Shown here: one piece after another, positions 35,746 to 48,980 of the stretch
Layout of the letters: each line of letters starts with the position of its first letter
How positions within the stretch are numbered: position 1 is the stretch's first letter
DNA from: Phoronis australis
Taxonomy: Eukaryota > Animalia > Phoronida
Direction of reading: 5' to 3'
Length of the DNA: 64,000 bases
Assembly: GCA_002633005.1 (NCBI GenBank)
Contig: NMRA01000003.1
Location: forward strand, 386,129-450,128
The notes under the pieces: generated by a model
What the model was told of the DNA's origin: nothing
The model's input: the letters and a program-made list of their open reading frames with translations, nothing else
The model's database searches: none
Translations under genes and position numbers: made by a program

Positions 35746-38700
35746 TGAGAAAGTCCCTGCACTGTCCGTTGTGTTTTACTTTCTACATGATGTTACTCAG
35801 GCACACCCGAATGGTTACAAACCATTCATCACGCCTAAGTACAAGACTCGGCTGTTTACAAACAAGTAAAGCTTTCCGAGTGCTCTGCTAAAATTTATGA
35901 TTTTACAACCCACAACACGGAATAAAAATAGTCACTTTGTCTGTTTTACTAACTTGCATGGGGATTTTCCGTTTCTTTTGAGCCAACCCTGCATTTGCTC
36001 GGGTAGCAGCTAGTTCCTTGTAACATGTCGTAGTTGGATAAGTGCCAGATGGGTGACCAGCTTGGTAGGTTGAGATCTGCAGTATGAGAATGGCGCCTTG
36101 GTATTTCAGGACGGTGCTATTGTCATGTAGTGTATTTTTATTTTCTAAGTGAAATTGAATATTGATCTGAGTGGCATTAGCTGTGAAATATGTATAGTTG
36201 TCTTATCTGAGGTGTCTTGGGAGTTTGTGGTAATAGTTTATAAAATCAATAGTGCATTAGGTACTGGGTAATTGTGACGATTGAGCATGTCAGTTCACAT
36301 TTAAATTATTGTTGGAGACTGCGGGAGTATTATATGAAACAAGTCTTTGAGGGCACCATCGTCGAGTCAAAATCAGTCCAACTTCATCGTAAGATAAAAG
36401 TAAATGAAGCGGTTTATTTAGTGAAAGTAACACCACCATGCCCACCACAACATTACCATGATAAATGAAACTTGTCTCGTTTCACGACTCAAATTTTTGA
36501 GAGCGTCCCATAATTGAATAAAAAGATATTCAGCATTACCCATGGTGGGAAATGACATGTCCTAAGGTACGTAATAGTCACATTATGTAAACCGTGGTCA
36601 ATATACCTTTAATGTTAATTTTTAATGCAAAGCACTCGAATGCTGCATCAGTTCACTTCTTTGGTATGACATCATGTTAGTGTTTTTGATTCACCCAAAT
36701 AAAATTATAATGTTCAAATTAAAAGCAAGAATAATAATTAAACTAAATTCACATAGCGTTGTAAATTACTTAGCACTATGAAAATTACTACGTGGCTATG
36801 GACGTGGTCACTTTTAATCCTTCTCAACTCCCTGGGAACATGCAGTGGGTGCAACCATTGCCAGACCACACCAATCAAAATCCAAACACCTAATTTTGTA
36901 AAAATTTCATGTGTTAAATTGACCTCGTGGTTACCTGAATCCAAAAAAATCTAAGGCCTGCAAAGTTTTTGAAAATGTGACCTGAGTTGTTTTTCCGTAA
37001 TTTGAGTCCAAATGGAAACATAATTATAGTGGCAGATATATGATGTCGTAACTAAACATTTGAATACTGTCCAATACAAAGTGTTAGTCCAAGCAATACT
37101 AAACTTGAGTAAATATCCATTTTTGCTCCTTGAAGAATTTTATGTAAACTGTGGCATGTTTCAAAACTGAGTGACTGAAAACCTGTAGTGTATACTTGAA
37201 ACAGGACCGTTCTTTGAACTGGTATATTGTTCAGGTTGGTGTCAATGAAGCTCATTTACCACAAGGTTAGAGAGCTTGCCATATTATAAGTTTTTTGTGT
37301 TAACAGTTAAGCCTGAGTACCTTTTGTGTCAACAATTTTGAGTGTGATGTCTGCACCACTGTACACTGACTACTGAGCAGATTCCAATGTTTAAGTTGAA
37401 AAATCAGCTAAACAGCTGTAACACTGCATCAATTTACACAATAACCATAGATCAGAACTAAACATTGTCTTTAACTAAATGAGGTGACTGAACTTAAAGA
37501 GAGTTAGGCTTTTACAGGGTAACATCGTTTGGACGATAGCCATCTGTTTTGATAATGCTCGATTTTGGCCAATTAAACCAAGATTAAAATGACAACTACT
37601 CATTTTAATTGTTGTTTACTTATCTTCTTCTGTGACATTTGCCCACTGAACTTAATACTTATTAAAAAAGAAATTGTTCGCAATGTTATGTAATTATGTC
37701 ATAAGAAATTGACGGGTTAATTTTTTATTCGTACTGCGAATACTCTTGTGGTAAAAAACTATACCTGAATGACGTAATTTCTACAGTTATTACAGTAAGG
37801 TGTTGTAAAGAAGTCACCAGCACCTCTGGGGTAATCCTAACAAAATTCATAGGTGAAAAATCTATAAAAATTCCCGCTTGGCGCAATATAGATCCAAGCG
37901 ACATTGTGCCATTCTCGATTTACCACGAAATGGGAAGTGAAATTCATTCAAGAGCGATTGAAATAAAGGCCGCCAAGATGACTGGGCTTAGTATGTTTGA
38001 CTGGGAGTAAAACCTGAGTTAAATACATCACAAACCTACAATTTCAGAATAATTAAGCAAAATTGCTCTATGTTAAACACATTCTGACAACTGACAAAAA
38101 TATTAAATGGAAAAAAATAAAACAGACATAAGCCTCAGCCATCAGCGAAGGCCGAAGAACCTGGGTGAAGACGGGCGACTGTTTTAGCAGGGTAAAATCA
38201 CCCGTTATTGCCAGTAGCAGTAACTAGCAAACATTTTTCAAGTGGAGACATGACATCCTGAAATTTGCACACGTCGGTCAATTAGAATTTAATATATAGA
38301 TTTCTAAATTTCCAGTTTCTGGCAACTTTGGCTGACTTAGCTTGAACATGATGAAAAGATCATCCTACAGCTGGCAGTCATGGTATAGAAACTACTCTTG
38401 AAGTGACTTGTTTTTGTTATTGTGAAGCATACAGATTCACTGAAACACTATTTTGTTGTTCTGAAATCTCATGTTGATATAACATTTCCTCTCTTATTAG
38501 TAATCTTTTAAAGCATGTCTCTAACAGATTTTTGTGCTTCAGAATGCAGTGTTTCTTTAGCAACACAAGAAAAAATGTCTTACGGTAATTCCCCACTAAT
38601 TTTGCACAAAAATAATTGCCAAAATTGTCGTTTTCCATTTTTCAAAGGCTGATTACTTTAAAGCGAATTTACCAAAAGTTGTTTTATGACATCTACAGTA

Positions 38701-38922
38701 CAAACCATGCTAGTGATAGACTAAATTTTTCTTAATCTTTTTTGTGGGGCAATTTGACAAAATAGAATTTCAGTTGTCAGCCATGTTGTGTGCTAAATAA
38801 GTGAAAAATTACCATTAAACACAATCATGTCAATGTGGTCGGTGACATATTGTGTCACCATGAGCAAGTGAGAAAAAAGAACAGCCAATAGTAGCAAATT
38901 AATTCTTCTTGGCGGAAAAGTG

Positions 38923-39700
38923 CAGGGTGTCAAGTTTCTTATTTTTGGGAAACTCCTATTTTCTCCTACTTTTCTGTGAAATTCCTATTTTCACCTATTT
39001 TTCACTCATGGTGAGTCGAATAAAAGGCCAACAATAAACCGTTGAAACAAAAGCATCTTGAAAGCAAAACGCATAACTTCCGTTTAAAATTCCAGTGTTT
39101 GACTCGCATGTCAAACGTGAAGTATTAGAACGTTTTTTAAACCTTTTGCCTACGCTTTCACCATGTTCTATCTGGCACGTTTGACACGTTTTGCTACGTT
39201 CTACACACCACATTTTTGCCAAGTTTGACACGTTACGTTTTACATGTTACGTTTTACACGTTACGTTTTACACGTTACGTTTGACACGCCACACACGACA
39301 CACCACGTATGACATGCCACGTTTTACACGTTTGAAACGCCACGTTTAAAAGGTTTGACATGCCATGTTTTACCAATTTGACATGGCACGTTTTACGTGT
39401 ATGACATGCTTTACACGCTGTTCAATATTCCATGTTCTCAGAGCGTGTCAAACGTGTAAAATTCATAGACTATGTACCGAGTTTTGCCAAGAACATCAAG
39501 TTGTTGAGTATGACTTGTAAACTGTCTCGTAAGTGTTCTGTATGTAGAATCTAGTTGTTTTGCGTTTTTTTGTGTTTTGTGCAGAGACAACAAGTCCTAT
39601 TTCTTACTATTTTGTCATGATTTTTCCCTATTTTTTTCTAAAAATTTCCTATTTTTTCAAGGCCTTCTGTTACTTACACTCATAACCTTAAAACTTGACA
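38923..39700. mobile_element. Decayed hAT-like MITE with an internal ACGT-rich short-repeat tract
   Basis: CAGGGTGTCAAGTTT...AAACTTGACA ends, subterminal TCCTATTTT repeats at both ends, ACACGTTACGTTTT-type repeats at 39170-39460. Confidence 0.6.
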
Positions 39701-42537
39701 TTTAACTTGGAAGGTGAATACCAAGAACAGATAAACCTATAATGGGCAGGCAAATTTGGATTTAAAATTTCCGACTTAGAAGTCAAAGTGATATGACATT
39801 CGATTGCCAATCACAAAAGAAACACACAAATTGTTGGTTTAGAATCGAAAATAATACGTTTTTGCAAACATAACATACTTCTTGAACAAAAGTGAGGATA
39901 GCATACTGGGTTTATGAATGAATACTAGAGCTTCGCTTTCAAAATCACTGAGACAGGATGTACACAGTGTAATATAAATGTATTACTGATTAAAACCTTT
40001 CTTATACAGACATTTACAAAAGCAGAAAACTTAGTATTGGCAGGCTGCATTGAAAGCTGTGGGACATGTCCAAAATGACCAGGGACCATATTCCTAAATC
40101 TGCAATATTTTTATAAAAACTTACATTTTCTGAACTCAATGTCAAACATCTTAAACTGGATGATTGCCACTAGCACATCTACCCAATTAATAACTACTGT
40201 GTATCACACACTATTTTACAGGAACAAGTTAAAGTAACACTTCCTCTGGAAACTTGCATACCGTATCTATGATATGCCTATGAATAATTCCACAAAATGT
40301 CGCATCGAATACATATATACAGCACTGAGTGCACAAATCAAGTCAGCAAGCTTAAAGTTAGCTTGTTCTACAAAATACGATTGGCAGTAAGAAGACCCAG
40401 GTCAGCAGTCGTATCTTCTACAGGGAATCAAAAGTACACATGACAGCGTTTTTCCGTTCAGTGACTTTACCAGATGTAGGGGGTTCTGAGCGTGTGATAA
40501 CATCTAGCTTCTTTGTTAACTGCCAAGCACACTCTTTTGTCTGTTATGACAACAAGCAGGCCACTTATCTACCAGGCTTATTACAGACCACGTGTGAACA
40601 CAGTCAAACTCCGAGTGAATTGGAGTATTCGGAAAAAATATTGTCGTAACTTCGGTTGCAGTTGGGCGATTTTGGCGATTCAAAAACTAAACATGATCAT
40701 CATTTGACGAAGATTTCAGAAATGCTATTGGTTTATGTTCAAATACGTAAAAACTTAACTTTTATTTTTAACAGCACAGCCCATTCGGGGTAGATACGAT
40801 CTTATTAGAGATTAGAGCAATTATCGAACAAAAGAGAGCTGGCCCTCCAACCATGAATGCCAGAATGGAGTTAATCAGTCATGTAAGATATTGGCTACAG
40901 GGGTAAACTTCCCAACTTTCCGTTGGGCTATAGAACCGAACAAGTTGGGAGCAACGGGAAAACGCCGTAATGCATTTGTGTCTGCGATGTCTGGAAACAG
41001 GGGGCACACTGCAGTCAGTTGAGTTGCAGTAAATGCATTTAAGCCCAGGTTTCATTTCATGAATGTCTCAAAAAAGTTTGACTGTTTGCAGAACATCAAA
41101 AGCATTTTTTAATAGCAGTTTGATGCATGGGATTTCAACTTGACCTAATTAGCGATATGTTCAGTTTCTTGGAACAGCCTGCTAGTTTCCTGATGTACAC
41201 TTCCTGTGTGTTCAAGGAGCAGCTTCATTACACTTACTGTAGTGTGCATTTGACCAGTGGATTGGTCAAGCATCCAGGTTTTCCAATTTCCTTGTAACTA
41301 CAGGTTTTTACTCAAATTTCTGTGGGCTTCATATCAAAATGTAATTGATGCCAACTGCTTTAACACCAGTTCATGTTTCAGTCAAATTCCTTAGTTGTAC
41401 TGTTTGAACTGTTGCTTGAATGGAGGTGTGTCAGAACTTGCACAAACTTATGTAAAGTTTACAATTGGAACTTTTGACATGGAAAATTAAAAAATTGTAC
41501 TATTCTATGAACTTGATTGGTTTTGTTCTCGTGGCTTGTAGTTACAGTGTCACCTGAACCTAAATGCTACGAAAACAATCCAATGCATGACTTAACATTT
41601 ACTTGGTAGGAGTTGTATCACAGGGATTCTACTTGTAGAAATCCATGCGTTCAAGTAGTCCCCTGGGACTTTTAGACTACTGAAGCTCCCATGCTGATCG
41701 ATCTCTTTCTGCTGTTCAGGTGTTCAAAAGAAGAGGATTGTTATCACCACCTGGCCAGTGAATATTATTGTCTCCCATTATAGAAGTATGTTCTTGACAA
41801 GAAAGTGAGAAGTGTACATGAACAGTATACCCCCAGTAGATGTTGCAAATTAATTCGGGGAAACAAAAGGACAGAGGATAAGTTGATTCAAGTAAATATT
41901 TCCCACACTTCATTTTAAAGGGGGAGTCAGTTTCAGTGGCACTTTTCTAATAGCAGCTTGGATAGTACCCACTTTTTCTGAAGGAGACATGAAATGGTTC
42001 GTTTAGCTCATTTGCGTTCTAGTATTAAATTAAATTAAATTAAATGTACTTTTGTGCAAAAATGGTGAAGGTTTTTGTGTGCATGAATCCACCATTTAGG
42101 TTGATGCCAGTCTGACTTTCTGTTTTTAAATGCCCCATGCTCGACTTCACACCCTCCCCCTAATTTTTTAATTTTCCTGGCCATTAACCAGGAGTATGTT
42201 TTGAAAATTTAAATTTTTTCGTGGGCAGTGATTGTTATATTCTAAATGGGAGTAAACCCTTTTTGAACAACCTTTGTGTCATGATTTAGCTAATTATCAA
42301 TGCCTTTTGTACACAGATTGTCTTTCAGAAGTTGAACTTAGGAAGTGTCACTGGGGTTTAAGTGATTGATTATTTAACCGATTAACCGGTTTAACTTGAC
42401 ATCTTTGCAAAGTAGGTTTACACCATGTTAGTATTGTGTCTTCATGACAGCTTTGACTTATCAAAGCTTATTACACTGTAGCAAGGTGATATATACCTTT
42501 TAGCTACTTTATCAATGACCTTTTCATGCACCTCATA

Positions 42538-42557
42538 TACACACACAGCACACACGC

Positions 42558-42594
<37 letters not shown>
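42538..42594. repeat. (CA)n microsatellite
   Basis: Directly visible. Confidence 0.9.
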
Positions 42595-42596
<2 letters not shown>

Positions 42597-43479
42597 GTAT
42601 ATGTGTTTATACTAATGCTAGCATCACCAACCATCCACTGGGCATTCCCTGCCAAGCACCAGTGTGTCTCTTAATTACAATTACGTAAGTTAATTACCTT
42701 TGCCTCTGATTTTCATGAAATTTGGCCACTTCGTATCTATTAAGGTGACGATACCGACTTTTCATTTCGGAGGGATTCGGCATGTTCTGAGCGATCTAGT
42801 CCCTGTTCTTACTGTTTTAAAGTGTTTTTCGACAATCTACCTCACTGCTAGTATCTGACTTACAAATTGGTAAGACGACGTCAGACATTGATTTTGGAAC
42901 ACCCCTGACTACTGTGGCGCCCTTTACAGGCAGTTTTTGTGTCTCTGGAACTTTGTTAATTTGACAAATTTATTTCTGTTAAATGGACAACAATATGGCG
43001 AAGTCTTTCGATAAATATGTTTCTATTAACACCTTTCCATTTTCTTATAAGTGCCATCCACTCACAGACATTCTCTAGAACAAGTTTGTCCTGGAATGAG
43101 TTGTCGCTAGGTTTGGAGGTTGTCTGGACGCTATTTAAACTAGTGCAACTTACCACACCTGTGACAACTTACTCCACAATAAAAAATTGAGGTGGGGTAA
43201 CTTGTTCTATGGTACCTTAAAAGTGTGCCACTTGTATACACTTTGTGGCCGCAAAAGTGGGGTAGGGCAGAAGTAATTATTAACTGCGGTTAGATACTGA
43301 AGGTTTTCTCTTTGCACGCCGTACTCGCATTGTCACACACAGAGTGACAAATTCTACGTTACCCTAGTTATCAGATATGTGTGTGTGGAGGCTCCACTTA
43401 GGAGTTGGGTAAGTTGCACTTAGTGCAAGTTGTTCTAGGGTAGGCAGTTTATCGATGGGACTATAGATTCTTATGTATA

Positions 43480-43720
43480 GTAGTTTAATAAATATGTAGG
43501 TTTGAGACTATATATATCAGTTTGGTAAATATGAATGCCTTAGAATGTATTAAATGTATATCAGTTGGTAAATGTGAAGGCTCGAGATTGTGAAAATCAG
43601 TTTAGTAAATATGTAGGCCGGAGAGTATACATGTCAGTTTGGTAGTATGTAGGCTTGCGAGTATGTATATGGATGTTGGTGTGATAGTGTATATCATTTT
43701 GGCAAATATGAAGGCCTGAT
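43480..43720. repeat. Degenerate ~38-bp minisatellite
   Basis: ATCAGTTTGGTAAATATGTAGGC-like unit recurring about 6 times. Confidence 0.65.
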
Positions 43721-45547
43721 GGCATCTCTAAAATTTGAGGAAGTTAATTATTTCCTGGTGAAGACCAGTGCGACGTCTTATCATTATACACGGTGCAAGA
43801 AAGTTGCTTGATATGTTTGAAATTATCTGCAACTGTTCTGTCATTATATCCTATTTAAAGTTAGGTAAATTTTTACCTTTGGGTCATTCTGGAAATCTAG
43901 AATGAAGTTATGAAGTTGTTTAATAGAAAATGAGGCAAATCAGTTAATCGGGCATTAATTTTATCTCTGGAATAATAATTATGCAGAACATAACCAAAAA
44001 ATGGAACTGATGATTTTATTTCTTACATTTTAACTTCCAAGGTGACACACCCATAAACTCAATATGGATCTTCTTTAGCTTAATTACATCAGGTAATGCA
44101 AATGTGCAAAAATGCAAGCCCAGACAAACATTTGTTTCTACTACAGCCCAATACACTCTCATTTGTTTTTGGGGGGTTTAACCAGCTGTGCCTGAGTTAG
44201 CGTTTAATACATGTGCGAACTTCAACAAGCTGTTGGTCGCCAGTTTTATGCAATCGTAACATCTCTTGGGGGTGCAGTAGTCTTCACTGCACCAAGTCAG
44301 GTTGAGGGAAGTCAGGTTGAGAGTATTGATAAAGCTAGTGTGGAACTCATGTGCAATAGTGACATGGCATATGTCTTAAATAACATGTCCTGATGATGAC
44401 ATAAGTTGCCTGGAGCCCTGACCAGTCTAGTCTGGAGCTTAATCATACCCCAGTGTTTTCTCTTATACCATTACTTTAACAGCATCATGTGTTATCTGAA
44501 TGATCTGTTATTGATTTTGAGATAACTTTGCTGCGAGTAGTCCCTGTGTTAAATTCAATAATGTTTAAAGGTGCGCAAGTCCGGATCTAGTCAGAAGAGA
44601 CTGCTGTGGCTAGGGATCTCCCAGTTAAGTTTAAGGTTCCCATTTCTGTTGTCTTTGACTTGGGCTGATGGTTCAGGTCTCGTTTTGAAAGTTACTGTTT
44701 TGCTTCCAGTGCATGTAATGCCTTTAATGAGTACAAGTACTCCTAATGACTATCTAGTCGCCTAAAACGGGAAAATCACCGTTAATGCTCACAAGTTGTT
44801 GTTTTGTGATACTTCCGACATGAGTATTGCGAGTTATTTGTATTTATAAGCGTCACAACTGATTGGTAGACGTCCTACTGATTGACCACAAATTGATACA
44901 AATAATAGGTTCACATGAGTGGCAAAAATGGCTAAAATGCTAACATCTGATGGAAAGATTCTGGGGAAGAGAAGACAAAAACGGAGTTTTGATTCTGAGA
45001 TTTTTTTTGTTTGCATACATACAACCATTGAGAACATATGCTTCAAGACTCGCCTCTCGCCTCTGTGACTTTGTGTTCACCAACACGGCAAGTTGTGAAA
45101 AGAGACAAGTCCTCACCCAAATTCCTTAATTCTGGTAATTTGACATGTCGATGTTTCAATCTCATGCCCATGATGTGTTTCAGCCACCCACCAGATTTCT
45201 GTATCCATTTCATACTTGGGTTTCATATCAGTCTCCCAGCACGTTGTGTGTCTAACAATGAACGAATGACCTACTTTAAATTGGACCACAGTGCACCAGC
45301 TTAACCCTCTTACCGTAATACGTTGGCTCTCCTGGTGACCCAATCTACTTGGTTAAAATTAAACATTTTTATGACAATTAATTGACAATTAGTGAATTAC
45401 ACACGGCAAATTCAGATGACATTGCGTGTGAATGTTGAAATAATGATTGTGGCTGAGGGGTTTATAGATTATATTGGCCGAAAACAAGTTTTCGCTGAAT
45501 AATTAATGGAAGTCCTTGAGACTTTCACCCCTAACAATTTATTTGGA

Positions 45548-46030
45548 TTTTTCTCGGCTTCGGCAAATCGACTTAATTTGAACTTTGCAACACGAGTTGT
45601 CGAAAATGGCTCAGTGGATTTCGCTGAAACTTTCCAAACTTAATATTTATTCGTCATTCGCAAAAACGCTGTTAGGATTTTTGATATACAGGCCTAACTT
45701 CTGTATAATTTAACAAATTTAAAATGAATACGACTGCTATTTTTTATAAAAATACCTTACGTTTTGCGAGCTGATTTGTCATAGAAATCGAACAAAAAGA
45801 CTTATGACAAATTCCTAACTGCGTTTTTGAGGAAAGATGAAATTTTCATTTAAAAAAGGTTTAATTAAAATTGACTGAGGAGTTATTTTGCTATGAATGT
45901 ACCTTTCTTAAAATGAAATTTTGACCTAAAAAGGTGTTAACTTAAGGATAATGGTACATAAATATATTTTCTATATTCCCTAATCTTTTTTCTTTCTGAA
46001 AATTTATATACTTTTACTAGTTGACAAAGC
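45548..46030 (+). repeat. Dispersed ~480-bp repeat, copy 1
   Basis: Colinear with 51527-51996 from TTTTTCTCGGC..GGCAAATCGAC to TATACTTTTACTAGTTGACAAAGC; both boundaries are shared. Confidence 0.85.
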
Positions 46031-46542
46031 CTATTAGTTTTGTTAGAATGGAGACCACTAAATAAGGTTTGAGATAATCTTAAGGGAAATTTGGTGTCAA
46101 AGCACTTGAGTCTATGCCATAAATTTATTAATGCAGTGATAAAGGAAGGTCTGTGTCCTTTGAAGTAAGTGGTCTGATGAAAAATGTGGGCAGTTTTGAG
46201 ATATCACAGACCTCTAACAAATCGCTTGCAAAAGGGACTCTTGTAACCTTTCTCATGACATTTGCATTTTTGCTACCAGCAAAAGTGCGTGTGGAAATGC
46301 TGGCGTTTTGTTCAGTTAGTGAAAGGGGAATCTTGGTGGTCCACTCTATGAACTGAACAGCTCTTATACACAGCCTAAAATGCTGCTTTTGGTTCTCTTC
46401 TGAGTTGTTTTGGACTTTTATCTGTCTTCTTTTAGTGCTGTTATCATTTTCATATGGGTGCAATTTTCTCCCTATTTTTTCCCAAATGAATTTATGGGTT
46501 TTTGTAAATTATATCTTTGTCGTCCTTATTTTTAGAATACTT

Positions 46543-46590
46543 TGTGTGTGTGTGTGTGTATGCGTGCGTGCGTGTGTGTGTGTGTGTGTG
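46543..46590. repeat. (GT)n/(GCGT)n microsatellite
   Basis: Directly visible. Confidence 0.9.
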
Positions 46591-47059
46591 GGGTATAATT
46601 TTGCAGGAATCAAATGTCACCTCAGGCATTTCTGATGTTTATCTTTCAGTGTTATTCATTAGTCAAAAATAATAATTTGCAAAGTAATTAGGCACCTTGG
46701 CAGTTATTTCCTCTTGAAAGGTAAACTACCACAGGCATGTCTACTGCATTTGACATACTTGACTGTTCAAAAGCTGTTGAAAGAACCATAGATCAATTTA
46801 AATACAGTATGCTTTGATTTTACCTGGTTGTTTTATGGGTTTTTCTCTGGGCTTTCTGAATGATGAGTCTTGAATACAGTATGTGACACTGCCTTGTCAT
46901 TTGCTGTTAAAGGTTGTTGCGTGACCAGAACATGAAATGCACTATATGTTATCTAATGAACATTATGTAAAATAAACTCAGCTGATGTCTACAGTATCTG
47001 TGGTAGTCCTGTATTTTAATACTCATTTTTGGTTTTTGATAAGCTTTGTAACTAGTGGT

Positions 47060-47385
47060 AGTGTCAGGTCTGTGTAACTGTTCAGGCCTGATGTTAGTGT
47101 GGTCTGCATAACTGTTCCTGTCATGCTAGTGTGGTCTGCATGACTGCTCATGCCATGTTAGTGTGGTGTGCATAATCATTCATGCCATGTTAGTGTGGCC
47201 TGCATGACTGTTCATTCCATGTTTGTGTGGTCTGCATAATCATTCATGCCATGTTAGTGTGGCCTGCATGACTGTTCATTCCATGTTTGTGTGGTCTGCA
47301 TAATCATTCATGCCATGTTAGTGTGGCCTGCATGACTGTTCATGCCATGTTAGTGTGGTCAACATAATTATTCATGACATGGTAT
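47060..47385. repeat. 32-bp minisatellite with a 64-bp higher-order dimer
   Basis: CATGTTAGTGTGGYCTGCAT followed alternately by GACTGTTCAT and AATCATTCAT. Confidence 0.9.
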
Positions 47386-48295
47386 TGTGCCGACTTTCTT
47401 GGGTTAATTTTAGTCTTATCCCAACTTAAAGTATAAATCCAATCCCAGTGATCAATAATAATAAAACAAACATTTCTTTATGTGGATTTCTAATACCGTG
47501 GTAACTAACCCCAATAAACTGTCATAAGCAGTGTATTCAATGTGTGATTGATGGGAGCAGAGTGCACTGTTTACACCCATGTAGCATATAGTCTCAACCA
47601 AGTAATGTTAAGTTTCATTTTTGTGTATGGCAATGGCAAAGTCAAGTTTACAACAACCCTTACCAGAAAAACACTTGGTTATATTTCAGATGTTGGCTAT
47701 TGTGTGCATTTCGTCTTTATGATATAAAAAAGCAATAACAAGATGCATGCTGGATTTTTGTTTTTAAACTTTGTTATGTTTACGAAGCCAAAAGCGTATA
47801 GAAAATTCAAACTCAACTGAAATTACGATATCCGTATTTGAAATCCCATGTCCATTCTGCAGAAACTTTGTGTGTTAAGTCTTGGCATAAATACATTCAA
47901 CCGGTATCAAGAATCCAAAATGTCCTAATTTGCTTAAGAAGGGACTGTCCTTCAAGTACCTTAAACTTTGCATTTTTTTTAACGCGACGCAAGTAAGCCA
48001 AACTCGTCACGACAAAGTTCAAACTCAACGCAGTAGGAAGTAGTCAAAACAGGTTGCGCAGAACACTGCGCAAGCCGCAAGGGTCGAACCTCTCCCCCCA
48101 AAGCGTACATTTTGTAATCACATGAAAGTGGCAGTAATCGTGAACAAGACTTTATGTGTACAACTGAGGCGCACTTTCAAAAGGTGCTTAATGCCTAGAC
48201 ATATGTATTAAAGATCTTATTGATTTTTTTCCAACTAACTTATGTGTACTCTAATTATTGATAGTTAAAAAGGGAATGTGTGCTTCTGTTAATAA

Positions 48296-48636
48296 CATCG
48301 GTGGCAGTATTATAGATTTTAATGTTGAACACACTCTGCTAGCAAGCTTCGTAACTTTTCTCACTATTTTGGTATTATCAGCATGATAGAAAATCGTCTG
48401 TAATTTGCCTGCCATTCTTTATGAATACAAATGTGTCTGGGGTGACGATGTGATTTGTCATGTCTTGCAAGTATTCCACTAAGAATTGAGCTTTTGCCTT
48501 ATTTTTAGAATATGTTCCACAGCACAATAGGAACTTCCATACCATTAATTGCCTCTCGCATATTGACATCCCATGATCTAGGCTAATAATAGAACAAGCA
48601 ATTTGTTACCTGACTTTCTTATTACTGCCACCGATG
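48296..48636. mobile_element. MITE with a 14-bp perfect terminal inverted repeat
   Basis: CATCGGTGGCAGTA...TACTGCCACCGATG; no clear TSD, superfamily unassigned. Confidence 0.6.
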
Positions 48637-48836
48637 AGCTCAGTCATGCTGCTCTGAAATGTTATGAAGATCTCGAGAAAAGTGTCTCAATTTGGCCAAA
48701 TTTGGAATGTCGTACCTCAGAAATCGCCAATCAGACATATGTGATACTTTCATATACTATAGTTTAGGAACTGTTCTTCATAAGCTGTTAGGAACTGTGT
48801 TTAAAATGTTCAAATTTTGCATCAGAGGTTATTAGA

Positions 48837-48980
48837 GGAGGCAGTTTGGCCTAGTGTGATGGTGCCTGCCTTCTTTACTCGAGGTCCTGGGTTCGAGTCG
48901 CCCTGGGTCACACTGCTAGACCCTTGAATCGGGTTTGTAGCTCCTTAGCTCAATTTTATCTACTGTATATATTAATAAAG
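48837..48980 (+). mobile_element. tRNA-derived SINE head or tRNA pseudogene
   Basis: TGGCCTAGTG (A-box-like) and GGTTCGAGTC (B box, 48890-48899) at tRNA spacing; no intact cloverleaf. Confidence 0.55.
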
